Shown one piece after another: positions 1 to 9,221 of a DNA stretch of 54,354 nucleotides. Each line of letters begins with the position of its first letter. Within the stretch, counting starts at the first letter, position 1. The notes under the pieces were generated by a model, which was not told where the DNA came from, did not search any database, and was given only the letters and a program-made list of their open reading frames with translations. Both the position numbers and the translations under genes were made by a program. Origin of the DNA: a virus (taxonomy: Duplodnaviria; Heunggongvirae; Uroviricota; Caudoviricetes); IMG/VR virus record IMGVR_UViG_2541047692_000008, positions 1-54,354 of that record; one strand, written 5' to 3'.

Positions 1-1215
1 ATGCTTACGGATACCAGGTTAAGGGCCATCGCCAACAAGCCATACGACGGTCCAAGCGAGATAGCTGATCGTGATGGCCTGTCAGCCAGGATAAGCCCAA
101 AAGGGAAAATTACTTTCCAGTACCGTTACAGATTCAACGGTAAGCCAGTGCGAATGAAGATCGGTGAATACGGGAAAATGAGTCTGAAAGACGCCCGCTA
201 TGCGGTGTCTGAATACAGGGAGTTGCTTACGAAAGGGAAGAATCCGGCACTGTGCGTAAAGCAGGCCATAGCCTTTGAGCAGGGCAAGCGATCTATATCC
301 GACGTAGTGGAAGACTATCTATCCCTGCCGAACGTCATTAAGCTGGTGGCATATAAAGAAGTCAAAAGCGCATTGATGCGCCACGTAGTCAACAAGTACG
401 GCGACTACATAGCTGACGACGTAACGACAAAACAGTGGATGGATATATTTGGCGAGATCACTGCGGCGGGTCACGCGGTTACGGCTGGTTTGATATTGAA
501 GCGAATGAAAATCATCGTTAACAGCGCAATCAGGCGTGGGCTAATGACTAACACGGCGATAAACAATATCCGTGTAGCTGACGTTGGCGAGCATTATGCG
601 GTGGGGGAGCGTTACCTTTCATGTGAGGAGATAGGCCACTTCTGGCGCACGGTAGACAGTTCGCAGATCTATCCGCAGAACAAAATAGCCTTAAAGCTAT
701 TATTGCTAACCGGGTGCAGGGTTGGTGAATTGCAGAAAATGAGAAGGGAACACCTAGATCTGGACAACGGTGTATGGACCGTTCCGGCGGCGGTGGCGAA
801 GACAAGAAGTGAAATCAGGCGGGGATTATCTGACTTGTCGATAAAAATGCTCAGGGAGGTTTTAACCTCCCATGAGTATGATTATGTATTCCCGCCAGTG
901 ATTAACGGCGGCAACAGGCCAGTAAACGTATCAGTGATAAAAGTAGCTGCAATATTCGTGCGTAAAAGGATGGGCGGTAAATCATGGTCCTGTCACGACC
1001 TCCGCAGGACGTGCCGGACACACCTTTCAGCTATAGGTGTTCCGGTACATATTGCAGAAAAGATCTTAGGCCATTCATTAAGGGGAATACTGGCGGTGTA
1101 CGACAAATATGATTATCTTGATGAACAAAAGGAGGCACTAAATAAGTTTGCTGATTATGTGTTATCTTTGGCTGACGTTAAACCAATCCGATCAAAGAAC
1201 TGCATTACGTCCTGA
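1..1215 (+). CDS. int: Tyrosine integrase, P4-type
   Basis: 404 aa; N-terminal LTDTRLRA...FQYRYRFNGK typical of P4-like integrase arm-binding domain; C-terminal HDLRRT...GH...Y catalytic region. ATG is at window position 1, so the upstream att region is not visible. Confidence 0.85.
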   Translation: MLTDTRLRAIANKPYDGPSEIADRDGLSARISPKGKITFQYRYRFNGKPVRMKIGEYGKMSLKDARYAVSEYRELLTKGKNPALCVKQAIAFEQGKRSISDVVEDYLSLPNVIKLVAYKEVKSALMRHVVNKYGDYIADDVTTKQWMDIFGEITAAGHAVTAGLILKRMKIIVNSAIRRGLMTNTAINNIRVADVGEHYAVGERYLSCEEIGHFWRTVDSSQIYPQNKIALKLLLLTGCRVGELQKMRREHLDLDNGVWTVPAAVAKTRSEIRRGLSDLSIKMLREVLTSHEYDYVFPPVINGGNRPVNVSVIKVAAIFVRKRMGGKSWSCHDLRRTCRTHLSAIGVPVHIAEKILGHSLRGILAVYDKYDYLDEQKEALNKFADYVLSLADVKPIRSKNCITS

Positions 1216-1385
1216 TAGCGGTACATAACGCCACGCCCGGTCCCAAGTACGTCAACCGGGTCGGGGAACGGAGTTCCGTTCCGTTCCCATTTTTTACGCC
1301 ATAAGTAAAACGTTCCCCTGCTAATTCCCCCAAGCATCCGGCAGATGGCAGGGCGACTAAGAAGGATTGTCCCGGTTTTATCCAT
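1155..1385 (-). CDS. AlpA/Xis-like excisionase or regulator
   Basis: 76 aa with HTH ...LLSRPAICRMLGGISRGTFYLWRKK...GRGVMYRYQDVMQF matching AlpA-family pattern; last gene of the minus-strand operon; 3' end overlaps int 3' end convergently. Confidence 0.7.
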   Translation of the reverse strand: MDKTGTILLSRPAICRMLGGISRGTFYLWRKKWERNGTPFPDPVDVLGTGRGVMYRYQDVMQFFDRIGLTSAKDNT

Positions 1386-2044
1386 TATTTATCCCCCGTG
1401 TATTCAACGTGTCCGATACATCCGTCAATAATAGCTTGCGCCATGTTGCGATAATCGCACGAAAATTCGTTGTCGCGGTTAAAGTTAATCTCTTTCGCCG
1501 CATCTTCACCGATAACCTTAGTAGCCAGTGCGAAAGCAATTTCAGCAAGTGCCTTTTCTTTCTGGTCAATGTGAATGCGATAAGAGTATTGTTTCCATGT
1601 AATTACCGTTTCCACATCTGATATTAATTTACTGTGAGCGATAGCCCAATTATCACCGAGATATAAAAACTTGACGACATCAAGAACCGTTCCGCTGGTC
1701 ATACCTACACAATCAAGCCACACATTAACAGGAGGTTTATCACCTACGGCCCATTCCGTTTTTTCTGGTTGCGTTTCGCAATCATGCCGCTCATCTTCGA
1801 TTAATTCATCAATGATCTCACTTTCTTTATTCATGCCGTCATCATCCTTATTAGATAAATTAGCGTATTTATCAAATTTCCAGCTTGCAGCCATAACCGA
1901 ATAAGTGCCGCCATCCGCGCGAACACCCAATAAATAGTATGATCCAAAATTATATTCTGTGCGGCATGTTGTTACCTCAAACGATGGGTAACACTCAGGG
2001 TTAGTGCGATGGCTAATCACGCCAATTGCTTTAAGTTTATTCAT
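1385..2044 (-). CDS. Hypothetical protein (219 aa), cargo next to xis/int
   Basis: Long ORF with RBS-like gagga upstream of ATG; acidic central region; no family recognised. Confidence 0.5.
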   Translation of the reverse strand: MNKLKAIGVISHRTNPECYPSFEVTTCRTEYNFGSYYLLGVRADGGTYSVMAASWKFDKYANLSNKDDDGMNKESEIIDELIEDERHDCETQPEKTEWAVGDKPPVNVWLDCVGMTSGTVLDVVKFLYLGDNWAIAHSKLISDVETVITWKQYSYRIHIDQKEKALAEIAFALATKVIGEDAAKEINFNRDNEFSCDYRNMAQAIIDGCIGHVEYTGDK

Positions 2045-2058
2045 TTGCTTATCCTCAA

Positions 2059-2235
2059 TTACGCCACAGTTACATTGTCAACTTTGATAAAATATTCAGG
2101 GTGATTTTCTATTTCGTGCTTAAAGTGCGCGTGACACAATCGCCAATCACGCACCTGGTTGTGAAAGTAATAAACGTATTCGCCATCAATCTTATACAAA
2201 ATGCCTGTAGGTTTAGCCATGTAATAACGAGCCAT
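2059..2235 (-). CDS. Small hypothetical protein (58 aa)
   Basis: ORF below the 60 aa track threshold found by hand; ATG overlaps the NinB stop (TAATG), suggesting translational coupling. Confidence 0.4.
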   Translation of the reverse strand: MARYYMAKPTGILYKIDGEYVYYFHNQVRDWRLCHAHFKHEIENHPEYFIKVDNVTVA

Positions 2236-2666
2236 TATTGCCCCCAGCGTTTTATGAATTCCTCGTTTAATTTCGTATCACCCGACCATTGAACATCATG
2301 TTCAGCACCGAACGAGTAAATTAATTCGATTAGTTCACTGAATTCTGATTTACTCATTCGACTTGTAGATGTTCCCAATACAACGAAGCCGGATTTATCC
2401 AGATTAGGCACGACGCCATATTTTTTAAGCCCGGCAGTGAATACCGCTTTCCAGTCTTCCGGCGACAGCTTCTTACCGTACCAATTAACCTGATCACTAA
2501 TGTCGGTTAGCAACGCCCATAGAAGGCTATTTTGGCTTAGCGAGCGGGTTTTCTCCTGGATGGTAATTATCAGCGGGCTTTTGCTATCAGGCTGGATCTC
2601 TCTTATCTGCCTGATAGCGTTTTCTTTTACGGCGTCGTTTACTATTTCAAATCTAATTTGCCTCAT
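2235..2666 (-). CDS. ninB: NinB-family recombination protein
   Basis: 143 aa; ...ITIQEKTRSLSQNSLLWALLTDIS...GVVPNLDKSGFVVLGTSTSRM... closely parallels lambda NinB as recalled. Confidence 0.85.
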   Translation of the reverse strand: MRQIRFEIVNDAVKENAIRQIREIQPDSKSPLIITIQEKTRSLSQNSLLWALLTDISDQVNWYGKKLSPEDWKAVFTAGLKKYGVVPNLDKSGFVVLGTSTSRMSKSEFSELIELIYSFGAEHDVQWSGDTKLNEEFIKRWGQ

Positions 2667-2860
2667 AATACACCGTTACTGTTTTTCCACTGCGCCCGCG
2701 CATACATGATCGCCTGCAAAGAAATTAGACGTGAGCTTGTCATGAAAGCGCTTTTTAAGTATCTCATATCAACCACAACAGGTTTATCAGGATCGTCACC
2801 GTGCATGTATTCCGCAATAGTGCTAAAGTCTTCAATGGTTAAATCTAACTCCTTATTCAT
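2663..2860 (-). CDS. Hypothetical protein (65 aa)
   Basis: ORF in operon context with overlapping stop/start to neighbours. Confidence 0.45.
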   Translation of the reverse strand: MNKELDLTIEDFSTIAEYMHGDDPDKPVVVDMRYLKSAFMTSSRLISLQAIMYARAQWKNSNGVL

Positions 2861-2869
2861 GATCGCCCC

Positions 2870-3076
2870 TCACACAATACGCATTGTGTTTCGTAATTCA
2901 CCGCGCAGCACCCGCAGTGCATCACGCATTGGTACAAAAACCCGGTTAAATTTTACGTGTTTATATTTCCGCATCAGTGGCGGTGTATACACCTTTGCGT
3001 CGTATACTTCCCACGGATAATAAACGCGCGTATCGTCAACAAACGTTTCAACTGAATAAAAGATTACCCGTATCAT
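2870..3076 (-). CDS. Hypothetical protein (68 aa)
   Basis: ORF in operon context. Confidence 0.45.
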   Translation of the reverse strand: MIRVIFYSVETFVDDTRVYYPWEVYDAKVYTPPLMRKYKHVKFNRVFVPMRDALRVLRGELRNTMRIV

Positions 3077-3630
3077 AATTCCAACCCCGTTTCACCGTTA
3101 AGTTTTTCGACCTCAAATACTGGTTTATCCGGCAGCAGGCCGTTATTTTTCCGGTATTCATTCAGGCGGCTGTCAAAATCAAACGCGAGATCATTAGCGT
3201 GACCGAAGCGCCCAGGTTTAAACAGTGAGTAAAAATTAAGGCCGTGTTTATTGGTATCTATGCAAAGCGTTTCATCCAGCACCATTAAACGCAGCGTGCG
3301 CGAAAGGTAATTCCACGGAATACCAGTTTCCGCGCTAATATCTCTCATTCGCTTTCTAACGTTGTAGTCAGTAAATAACGCGGCTACACGCTCGCGTCGT
3401 TGTTCGTATAAATATTTAATTCGATAGCCCAGCAAGCGGCGGCGCGGGCCAAAATATGTATACACCCGCTCAACCAGATTAGTGTCGATCAGGTGTTTAA
3501 CTGTTTCCGGCAAGCATCCGGCCTCGTCGTATTCCGCTGATAATCCGGTTTTCTGGCGTAGCTGGTGCATTGTTGCGATGCCATCAAGTTCAAGGATATT
3601 GATAATTTTTGCTTCAAGTTCAATGCTCAT
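3073..3630 (-). CDS. Hypothetical protein with possible N-terminal winged helix (185 aa from internal ATG)
   Basis: Track ORF 3073..3666; internal ATG at 3630 (MSIELEAK...) has a gagg RBS; immediately downstream of helicase gene. Confidence 0.5.
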   Translation of the reverse strand: MSIELEAKIINILELDGIATMHQLRQKTGLSAEYDEAGCLPETVKHLIDTNLVERVYTYFGPRRRLLGYRIKYLYEQRRERVAALFTDYNVRKRMRDISAETGIPWNYLSRTLRLMVLDETLCIDTNKHGLNFYSLFKPGRFGHANDLAFDFDSRLNEYRKNNGLLPDKPVFEVEKLNGETGLEL

Positions 3631-3709
3631 TGTTTTTCGCCTCGTTTTAAGCGCGAAAACAGCCACCAGAAAGCGGTCAACTTTCCGGTAAGCCGTTTGC
3701 TCAAGTTAA

Positions 3710-5131
3710 TTAAAAAGATGCGTTGTTCTGGCTGTTTCGTGGGGAGAATCGACTTGCCGCCGGACGTTGTTGCATTGACTGAATGCAAGCGGACGCCGCG
3801 CGGGCCTGGTCGCATGGGATGATGTTGCCGTTATCGTCAAACCGCTGGTAAACAGTCCCCGTTTTCCCGTGACGGTTTTTTGAAACGATGATCTCCATAT
3901 ATTCGCGGGCAACCGATTGTTCGTTGTAGTAGCCGTCGCGGTAGACCATGATGATCCGGTCTGCGTCCTGCTCAAGATTACCGGAATCACGCAGATCAGA
4001 ATTGTTCGGGCGCTTGTTCGGTCGTTCCTCAACGCGGCGGGATAATTGCGCCAGCGCCGCCACTGGCACGCGCAACTCTTTCGCCATCATTTTCAATGAC
4101 CACGACAATTGCCCTACGGCGAGATCATGACGTTCGGCCTTAGCCAGCTTCATTAACCCGATGTAGTCAATCATTACCATCCCCAGGTTAGGATGGTCCT
4201 GTTTCATCCGTTCGACGGTGGCGCGTATTTCCTCGATCGTTAACTGCGATGCGTCAACAATCCACACATCGAGATCGGCAAGGGCACTCATTCCCTGGGC
4301 GACGTGCGCCCAACCTTCGTCATCCAGTTTTACCGGATTACGTAGGCAATCCGTTGATAAGTTCCCAGCGCCAGCGATAGCACGTTCAGTCATCTGATCG
4401 AGCGACATTTCAAGCGTGAACAGCAAAACGCCGACCCGCTGACCTTCGCCGCCAGGGTATGGACGTTCAGCCGCCGCGCGGGCAATTGCCAACGCCAACG
4501 CCGATTTACCAGACCCTGGGCGTCCGGCGATAAGCACCAGATCAGTAGCATTAATGCCGCCTAACATTTCGTCGAGTGGGTCAATCCCTGTTTTGATGTT
4601 GTCAGAGTTCACGCCACACTCCATGCGTTTACTTAGCACTTCCGTGTATTCCTGGACCGCATCGCGCAACAGCACCGGGATAATTTGATCTTTTGTTACC
4701 TTTAATTTTGAATACCGGGAATCAAAATCTTTCATCGTCTCTTTGACGACTTCAAGCGTCCCTGTTTCCAGCTTGTAGCGAATGTCTTCCATTAGTTCCA
4801 GCATTTGCCGCCGCTGGTGTTCTTCCTGTAGTAGTTGAGCATATCCTTTCAGGTTGGCAGCAGAAGGACACGATCGCGCCGTTTGCATCAGCGGTACAAA
4901 ATTTTCGTTGCCAATCTCATCACCAACCAGCAAGGCGTCGATAAGATTTCTGTTTCTGGCTTGCGCCCGGATAATTTCAAAAGCCCGCTTATATAGCGGA
5001 ATAGTGAACACTTCAGGATCAAGCGTAGCGAGAACATCTTGCGCGTTAGGAGTAAGCCCACCTAACAGCAGGCCACCGATAACCGCCGATTCTCTTTCTT
5101 GCCGCAATGAGTTTACTTGTTCGGTTACCAT
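3710..5131 (-). CDS. DnaB-family replicative DNA helicase
   Basis: 473 aa; Walker A GRPGSGKS, Walker B-like VMIDYIGLM, C-terminal RecA-like region; ggagg RBS upstream of ATG. Confidence 0.85.
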   Translation of the reverse strand: MVTEQVNSLRQERESAVIGGLLLGGLTPNAQDVLATLDPEVFTIPLYKRAFEIIRAQARNRNLIDALLVGDEIGNENFVPLMQTARSCPSAANLKGYAQLLQEEHQRRQMLELMEDIRYKLETGTLEVVKETMKDFDSRYSKLKVTKDQIIPVLLRDAVQEYTEVLSKRMECGVNSDNIKTGIDPLDEMLGGINATDLVLIAGRPGSGKSALALAIARAAAERPYPGGEGQRVGVLLFTLEMSLDQMTERAIAGAGNLSTDCLRNPVKLDDEGWAHVAQGMSALADLDVWIVDASQLTIEEIRATVERMKQDHPNLGMVMIDYIGLMKLAKAERHDLAVGQLSWSLKMMAKELRVPVAALAQLSRRVEERPNKRPNNSDLRDSGNLEQDADRIIMVYRDGYYNEQSVAREYMEIIVSKNRHGKTGTVYQRFDDNGNIIPCDQARAASACIQSMQQRPAASRFSPRNSQNNASF

Positions 5132-5149
5132 TATGGCATCGCCTCCGGT

Positions 5150-6181
5150 TTACAAAATGGAATATTCAGGGTAATAAACAAAGCGCCCGATTTCCCCATG
5201 ATCCTGGCTATAAATAATCACCGCAGCCAGCCGCCGCGACCGCCAGCCGCCATTAGTCGAATAAGCGTCTTTACCCGCTAACGTGCCGTGATACTCAACA
5301 ACGCCTAACGATGATTCAATCAGCCGTTGATGATGCCAGTGCCCGCAATGAGCGTAAACCGCCGACGACTTGCCGAAATCTTCCCGCCAGTCAGAGACGC
5401 AGGCAGCCAGCAAATTTTCTGGTTTTTTGATAGTGTGACCGTGATGATAGGCAAGGAATGTTTTGCCGTACTGTGTGTGGTGTACGATAGCAGGGGACAC
5501 GTCAACCGTTACGCGCGGTTCATCTTCGTAAAAAGCAGCCAGCGCCGCACGTAGCCAGATCATTCCTGATTGGTCGTGGTTGCCGGATAATACCTGGATT
5601 TCGATTTCTTTGTGGTTTAACAACATCTTTCCTACCGCCCGCCGGACAGACCGGATCGCCACATAAACAAGTTTTGCGTAGCGTGAATCGCAATCAAGTA
5701 CGTGATTGCTTGATGGCGTCACTGGCAACAGCCCATCAGTGTGAAGAACATCCCCACCGAGAAGCAATACAGCTTTTTCAGACATCGGCGCTGCTCCTAC
5801 CGCGTAGTCAAAGAAATCATTTATCACGCGCTCAGCGATCCCAGTGTCGTAGCTTTCTCCGCATTCAGCTTTATGAGCAAGCGCCCCGATATGCAGATCA
5901 AATACTGGATAAAGGGCCAGGCTTTTTTGAAAATCAATTTCCGGCACTGGCACGGCCTCCGCGCGGGGCATTTCTTCCGTGAAAGCATCACAAGCCGATT
6001 GAATCAGCCTTTCCATTTCATCGCGATCACGGGCTGTTTTAATCCAGCGCATAATCACATTGCCATCTTTATCAACGAGCAATGATTCACCGTCAACACC
6101 GAAGCCAGGAGCGCGGCGAGTGGATATTAAACCGCGCTTCGCCAACCTTGCGCCCAGTCGTTCGACATTGCGTTTTGACAT
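5150..6181 (-). CDS. Calcineurin-like metallophosphoesterase with N-terminal HTH (N-terminus appears split by a frameshift)
   Basis: Motifs DLHIG, GGDVLHTD, GNHD, HHGH, GHWH; HTH ...YKQIAEKYGMSKRNVERL continues upstream of the annotated ATG in frame, while a well-placed RBS+ATG at 6249 is in another frame. Confidence 0.6.
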   Translation of the reverse strand: MSKRNVERLGARLAKRGLISTRRAPGFGVDGESLLVDKDGNVIMRWIKTARDRDEMERLIQSACDAFTEEMPRAEAVPVPEIDFQKSLALYPVFDLHIGALAHKAECGESYDTGIAERVINDFFDYAVGAAPMSEKAVLLLGGDVLHTDGLLPVTPSSNHVLDCDSRYAKLVYVAIRSVRRAVGKMLLNHKEIEIQVLSGNHDQSGMIWLRAALAAFYEDEPRVTVDVSPAIVHHTQYGKTFLAYHHGHTIKKPENLLAACVSDWREDFGKSSAVYAHCGHWHHQRLIESSLGVVEYHGTLAGKDAYSTNGGWRSRRLAAVIIYSQDHGEIGRFVYYPEYSIL

Positions 6182-6282
6182 GCCGTATTTTTCAGCGATC
6201 TGTTTATACGTTAAACCGTTTGTTCATCGCTGATCTTTCTTTGTGACATAGTGTTATTTCCTAAGGTTTACATTTTGTATAC

Positions 6283-7227
6283 TCATTGGCAGCAAACAAT
6301 CTCTTTGTATGCTTCTTCTACCATGTAGAATACTTCCGGACTGTAATAGAAAAACTCATTACTACCATTAAATTTTACAGGAAAGTTAATTTTATAATTG
6401 CTAAAAGCCTTATGCATCGTTCTTTCTAATTCATATATATTTTCGGTTGGTCCATATAGCGTTTTCACGATATGCAAATCAGGAATTATAACGCCTGCTT
6501 TATGTGCGCTTCTTAATACCTGATTTCTTCGCTCGTTCTCCTTAACACTTACACCTATTTTCATTTGTGTAGGTACTTCCAGATCATCAACCATGATGTA
6601 AAGTTTTCCGTGATCGTGGGATAAAAACCCGTATTTCGCGCATTTCTGGCAACCGCGCCCGTGTTTAATGTTGCAAGGTCTAGCCGACCACTCATGATCA
6701 CAGACCTTGCAGCGGCATAATACTTTTGTTTTGTCATTAACAATTTCACCTATCACTTCGATATTGGGATTAACCTTTGCAATAGCTGCAACTTGTTCTT
6801 CATGCGTCAATCTTTTTTGTCCTTGCTTTAATCTTGCGCATTTCGGGCAACCCATCCCGCGCTTAAGGTCGCCAGGAATAGGCGACCATTTATGATCGCA
6901 AACTTTGCAGCGGCATAATACTTTTGTTTTGTCGCCAGTAATTTCCCCCAATACTTCAACATCAGGGTTAACTTTCGCAATAGCTGCAACTTGTTCTTCG
7001 TGTGATAATATTCGTTTTTGCGCGCGTTTTAATACCCCGCATTTCTGGCAACCGTTACCTCGTTTAATGCTGGCAGGCTTAGTCATCCACTCATAATCAC
7101 AAACTTTGCAGCGGCATAATACTTTTGTCCCGCTGTTTACTATTCTCCCTAACACTTCAATATCAGGATTAACTTTCGCAATAGCTGCAATTTGCTCTTC
7201 ATGCGTCATCTTGCGCGGCATAATCAC
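6283..7227 (-). CDS. Zinc-ribbon triple-repeat protein with C-terminal T5orf172-like domain
   Basis: 314 aa; three about 66 aa repeats HEEQ(V/I)AAIAKVNP..KVLCRCKVCDH.W....K.G.GC.KC (two CxxC pairs each); C-terminal ...YIMVDD...KIGVSVKENERR...ELE..MHKAF...EFFYY resembles T5orf172/GIY-YIG-related pattern (recalled, not searched). Confidence 0.6.
   Translation of the reverse strand: MIMPRKMTHEEQIAAIAKVNPDIEVLGRIVNSGTKVLCRCKVCDYEWMTKPASIKRGNGCQKCGVLKRAQKRILSHEEQVAAIAKVNPDVEVLGEITGDKTKVLCRCKVCDHKWSPIPGDLKRGMGCPKCARLKQGQKRLTHEEQVAAIAKVNPNIEVIGEIVNDKTKVLCRCKVCDHEWSARPCNIKHGRGCQKCAKYGFLSHDHGKLYIMVDDLEVPTQMKIGVSVKENERRNQVLRSAHKAGVIIPDLHIVKTLYGPTENIYELERTMHKAFSNYKINFPVKFNGSNEFFYYSPEVFYMVEEAYKEIVCCQ
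6625..7206. repeat. Intragenic tandem repeat, about 198 bp x 3
   Basis: gcagcggcataatacttttg recurs at 6709, 6907 and 7109; corresponds to the three zinc-ribbon protein repeats. Confidence 0.8.
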
Positions 7228-7373
7228 TTCTCCTTGCTAAATCCAACAAAACGCCTCAGACGCGCTACAACGCAAAATTCCACCGCGTAACCCATTTGCA
7301 CAGGTTGCAGTGTCTTATTGCGTCAGAGGCGCTATCAGGTGTCTAATTTTTGATTTACAGAATGGTAGGTAGG

Positions 7374-7475
7374 TTATGGATTGACTAGAAGGAACAAACC
7401 GCCGAACAAAGCGACGTTAACAGCGATTGCGGCAGCGATGGCAAAAGCCAGGGCGAAAACGTGTTTACCGTCCAT
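7374..7475 (-). CDS. Small hydrophobic peptide (33 aa)
   Basis: Hand-found: MDGKHVFALAFAIAAAIAVNVALFGGLFLLVNP, preceded by gagagga RBS; lies in the 380 bp intergenic region upstream of the zinc-ribbon gene. Confidence 0.35.
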   Translation of the reverse strand: MDGKHVFALAFAIAAAIAVNVALFGGLFLLVNP

Positions 7476-7608
7476 TTTAAAATCCTCTCTGTAACGCTCT
7501 ATAACGAGCTAATCGCAAAAAGGTAAGCAAGTGTAGCACCACATGCGATTTAGCTCGCTGGTGAGGTTGTTTTGTGGGTAATTTTGGATTTTTGCGGATC
7601 GTGATTGG

Positions 7609-8655
7609 TCAAAGAGCGCCAGCGCGCGTATCACGTAGCGTTTTTGGTTTAAGCAGGAAATCAAGTGTCGCGGTGAAGCCATCGCCGAAGTAAAAATCTG
7701 AAGCCGTGTTTTTGAACGTTTCGAAGTAGGCGACAAAGCCGTTAATGCTTTTGTCTTTCAGGTAGTCAGTGAACGCATAGATCTTGCGTTCAAGATCCCG
7801 ATCCAGTTCGGCAGGTGGTAACAGGCCGTCAAACGTGCTGTTAAATGCTTCCACCACGTCGGCAGCGTTTACAGTGGCTGACAGTTTGCGCCATTGTTCA
7901 GCATCAGTCAGATACCCATCAAATTTAGTTACCCGGCAAATATTGATAGGCTTAGGTGTTCCACCACGGCTACGCCATTGCGTTAAAGCCCACTCAATCA
8001 CTAATGTGATCTCATCCTCCGTATACGCTTTACGTGTTTTTGTTTCTGTCAGTAGTTCGATGAATGGCTTCGCATCACGACATTTGCATCCTGCCTTGTC
8101 GTTGTAGAAGGCCAGGCAACGCAACGCCGCTTCGTTTACGCCATCCTGATTGACTATTTTTTGTTCATTTTCGACAATACACGAAGTGTATATATCTTTT
8201 TCTCTTTCTTCTTCTACTTCTAATTCATGACCCTTTCCTGACCCGGTCATGACCCTATCATGACCTTTTTGTGTTGGATTGATTAACTTTTCTAATTTTA
8301 ATTGCTCCTTAGCTGTGTTTATGGCGGCCCTGTAAGCGCTTTTAGAAGTCATTGATTGGTCCAGCCTTTTTAATAACTTTAGGCAAGTTATGTGGCCTTG
8401 AGAACATTCGAACAAACCGATTTCGATGAAGTATTTCATCATTTCTTCTATACGTTTTTCAGTCGATCCGACGTTTCGAGCAATGATTCTCGCGTCATGT
8501 CGTAGGTCAAAAGTCAGATTGTGCTGATCTACGTCATAAGTTATTAGTTCGAGGCAATACCAATAAAGCCCGTACCCTTCCAGGCCATAATCTAACAAAA
8601 CGTTTTGAAGTTTTTCATCGCGGTTCGCATCGCTGTCATGCTTAAACCACTTCAT
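7609..8655 (-). CDS. Phage replication initiation protein (DUF4373-like N-terminal domain)
   Basis: 348 aa; N-terminus MKWFKHDSDANRDEKL...YGLEGYGLYWYCLELI matches the Lin1244/Lin1753-type N-terminal pattern of phage replisome organisers; position upstream of helicase. Confidence 0.65.
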   Translation of the reverse strand: MKWFKHDSDANRDEKLQNVLLDYGLEGYGLYWYCLELITYDVDQHNLTFDLRHDARIIARNVGSTEKRIEEMMKYFIEIGLFECSQGHITCLKLLKRLDQSMTSKSAYRAAINTAKEQLKLEKLINPTQKGHDRVMTGSGKGHELEVEEEREKDIYTSCIVENEQKIVNQDGVNEAALRCLAFYNDKAGCKCRDAKPFIELLTETKTRKAYTEDEITLVIEWALTQWRSRGGTPKPINICRVTKFDGYLTDAEQWRKLSATVNAADVVEAFNSTFDGLLPPAELDRDLERKIYAFTDYLKDKSINGFVAYFETFKNTASDFYFGDGFTATLDFLLKPKTLRDTRAGAL

Positions 8656-8658
8656 AGA

Positions 8659-8926
8659 TCATCCCTCCGGCAACATCACTACATAGACATCACTGAATGC
8701 ATCAAGACGACAAACAAATCCTTTATCCATTAACGCGGCGAAGGCATCATGTACCGTATGAACAGGAAGTTCACACGTTGCGGCTACTTCTTTGCGTGAT
8801 GCATCATGTACCCGTCCTTTGTTATCTGCCTTTTCAGCCAGAGCCATTAAGACAAGTTTTTGAATCGGGCTATTAAGTTTTACGTTCCATGCTTTACTAA
8901 TCATGTTTATACTCATCGCATTTTCT
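8659..8926 (-). CDS. HTH DNA-binding protein at Cro position (early regulator or replication-associated)
   Basis: Track ORF starts TTG at 8994; ATG at 8926 (MSINMISKAW...) has aggagaaaa RBS; motif KLVLMALAEKADNKG typical of HTH_36-type winged helix; first gene of operon divergent from the repressor. Confidence 0.55.
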
Positions 8927-8994
8927 CCTATGGTTAGAGTGAACGCGCGGGCGGGCATCCCATTAGCATTAGATAGCAGTGACTGACCGCTCAA

Positions 8995-9221
8995 CAGATC
9001 CCGCCGTTGCGTGATATTTGTTTTTCGCTTCGCAGCGACACCGGATTTTTAAAGAGCATAAGGTAAGTGCCTTTTTGTGCCTTCCGTTATCTTTTTCCTT
9101 GCGTCTTTGCAAGTATGGCCTTACCTTGTCTGCAAGTTTACAAAATGGAATTTTAAGATCAAGGCTTAAAATACACGTTTTGTGACTTGCATCAAACTTT
9201 TTGAGGTTATAGGGTAGCGAC
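8995..9221. promoter_or_regulatory. Divergent immunity-region control region with candidate operators
   Basis: CTTGC/GCAAG inverted half-sites at 9097-9114 and 9124-9137, ACTTGCA at 9185-9192, plus GTTTACAAAATGGAAT at 9136-9151. Confidence 0.45.

Noticed and set aside
548-805. Minus-strand ORF inside the integrase gene, and similar antisense ORFs inside long genes (e.g. 3706..4032, 5674..6085, 40318..40692, 41363..41656, 45304..45846, 50286..50990).
   Set aside because: Fully embedded in well-supported genes on the other strand, no RBS, composition-driven; treated as six-frame artefacts.
7509-7736. 75 aa minus-strand ORF spanning the intergenic region and the 3' end of the replication initiator gene.
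   Set aside because: Overlaps the end of a supported gene and lacks an RBS; the hand-found 33 aa peptide at 7374..7475 is the better candidate in this region.
8659-8994. TTG-initiated 111 aa version of the Cro-position HTH protein, and the overlapping 153 aa ORF 8969..9430.
   Set aside because: ATG at 8926 has a much better RBS; ORF 8969..9430 runs antisense through the repressor promoter and 5' coding region.
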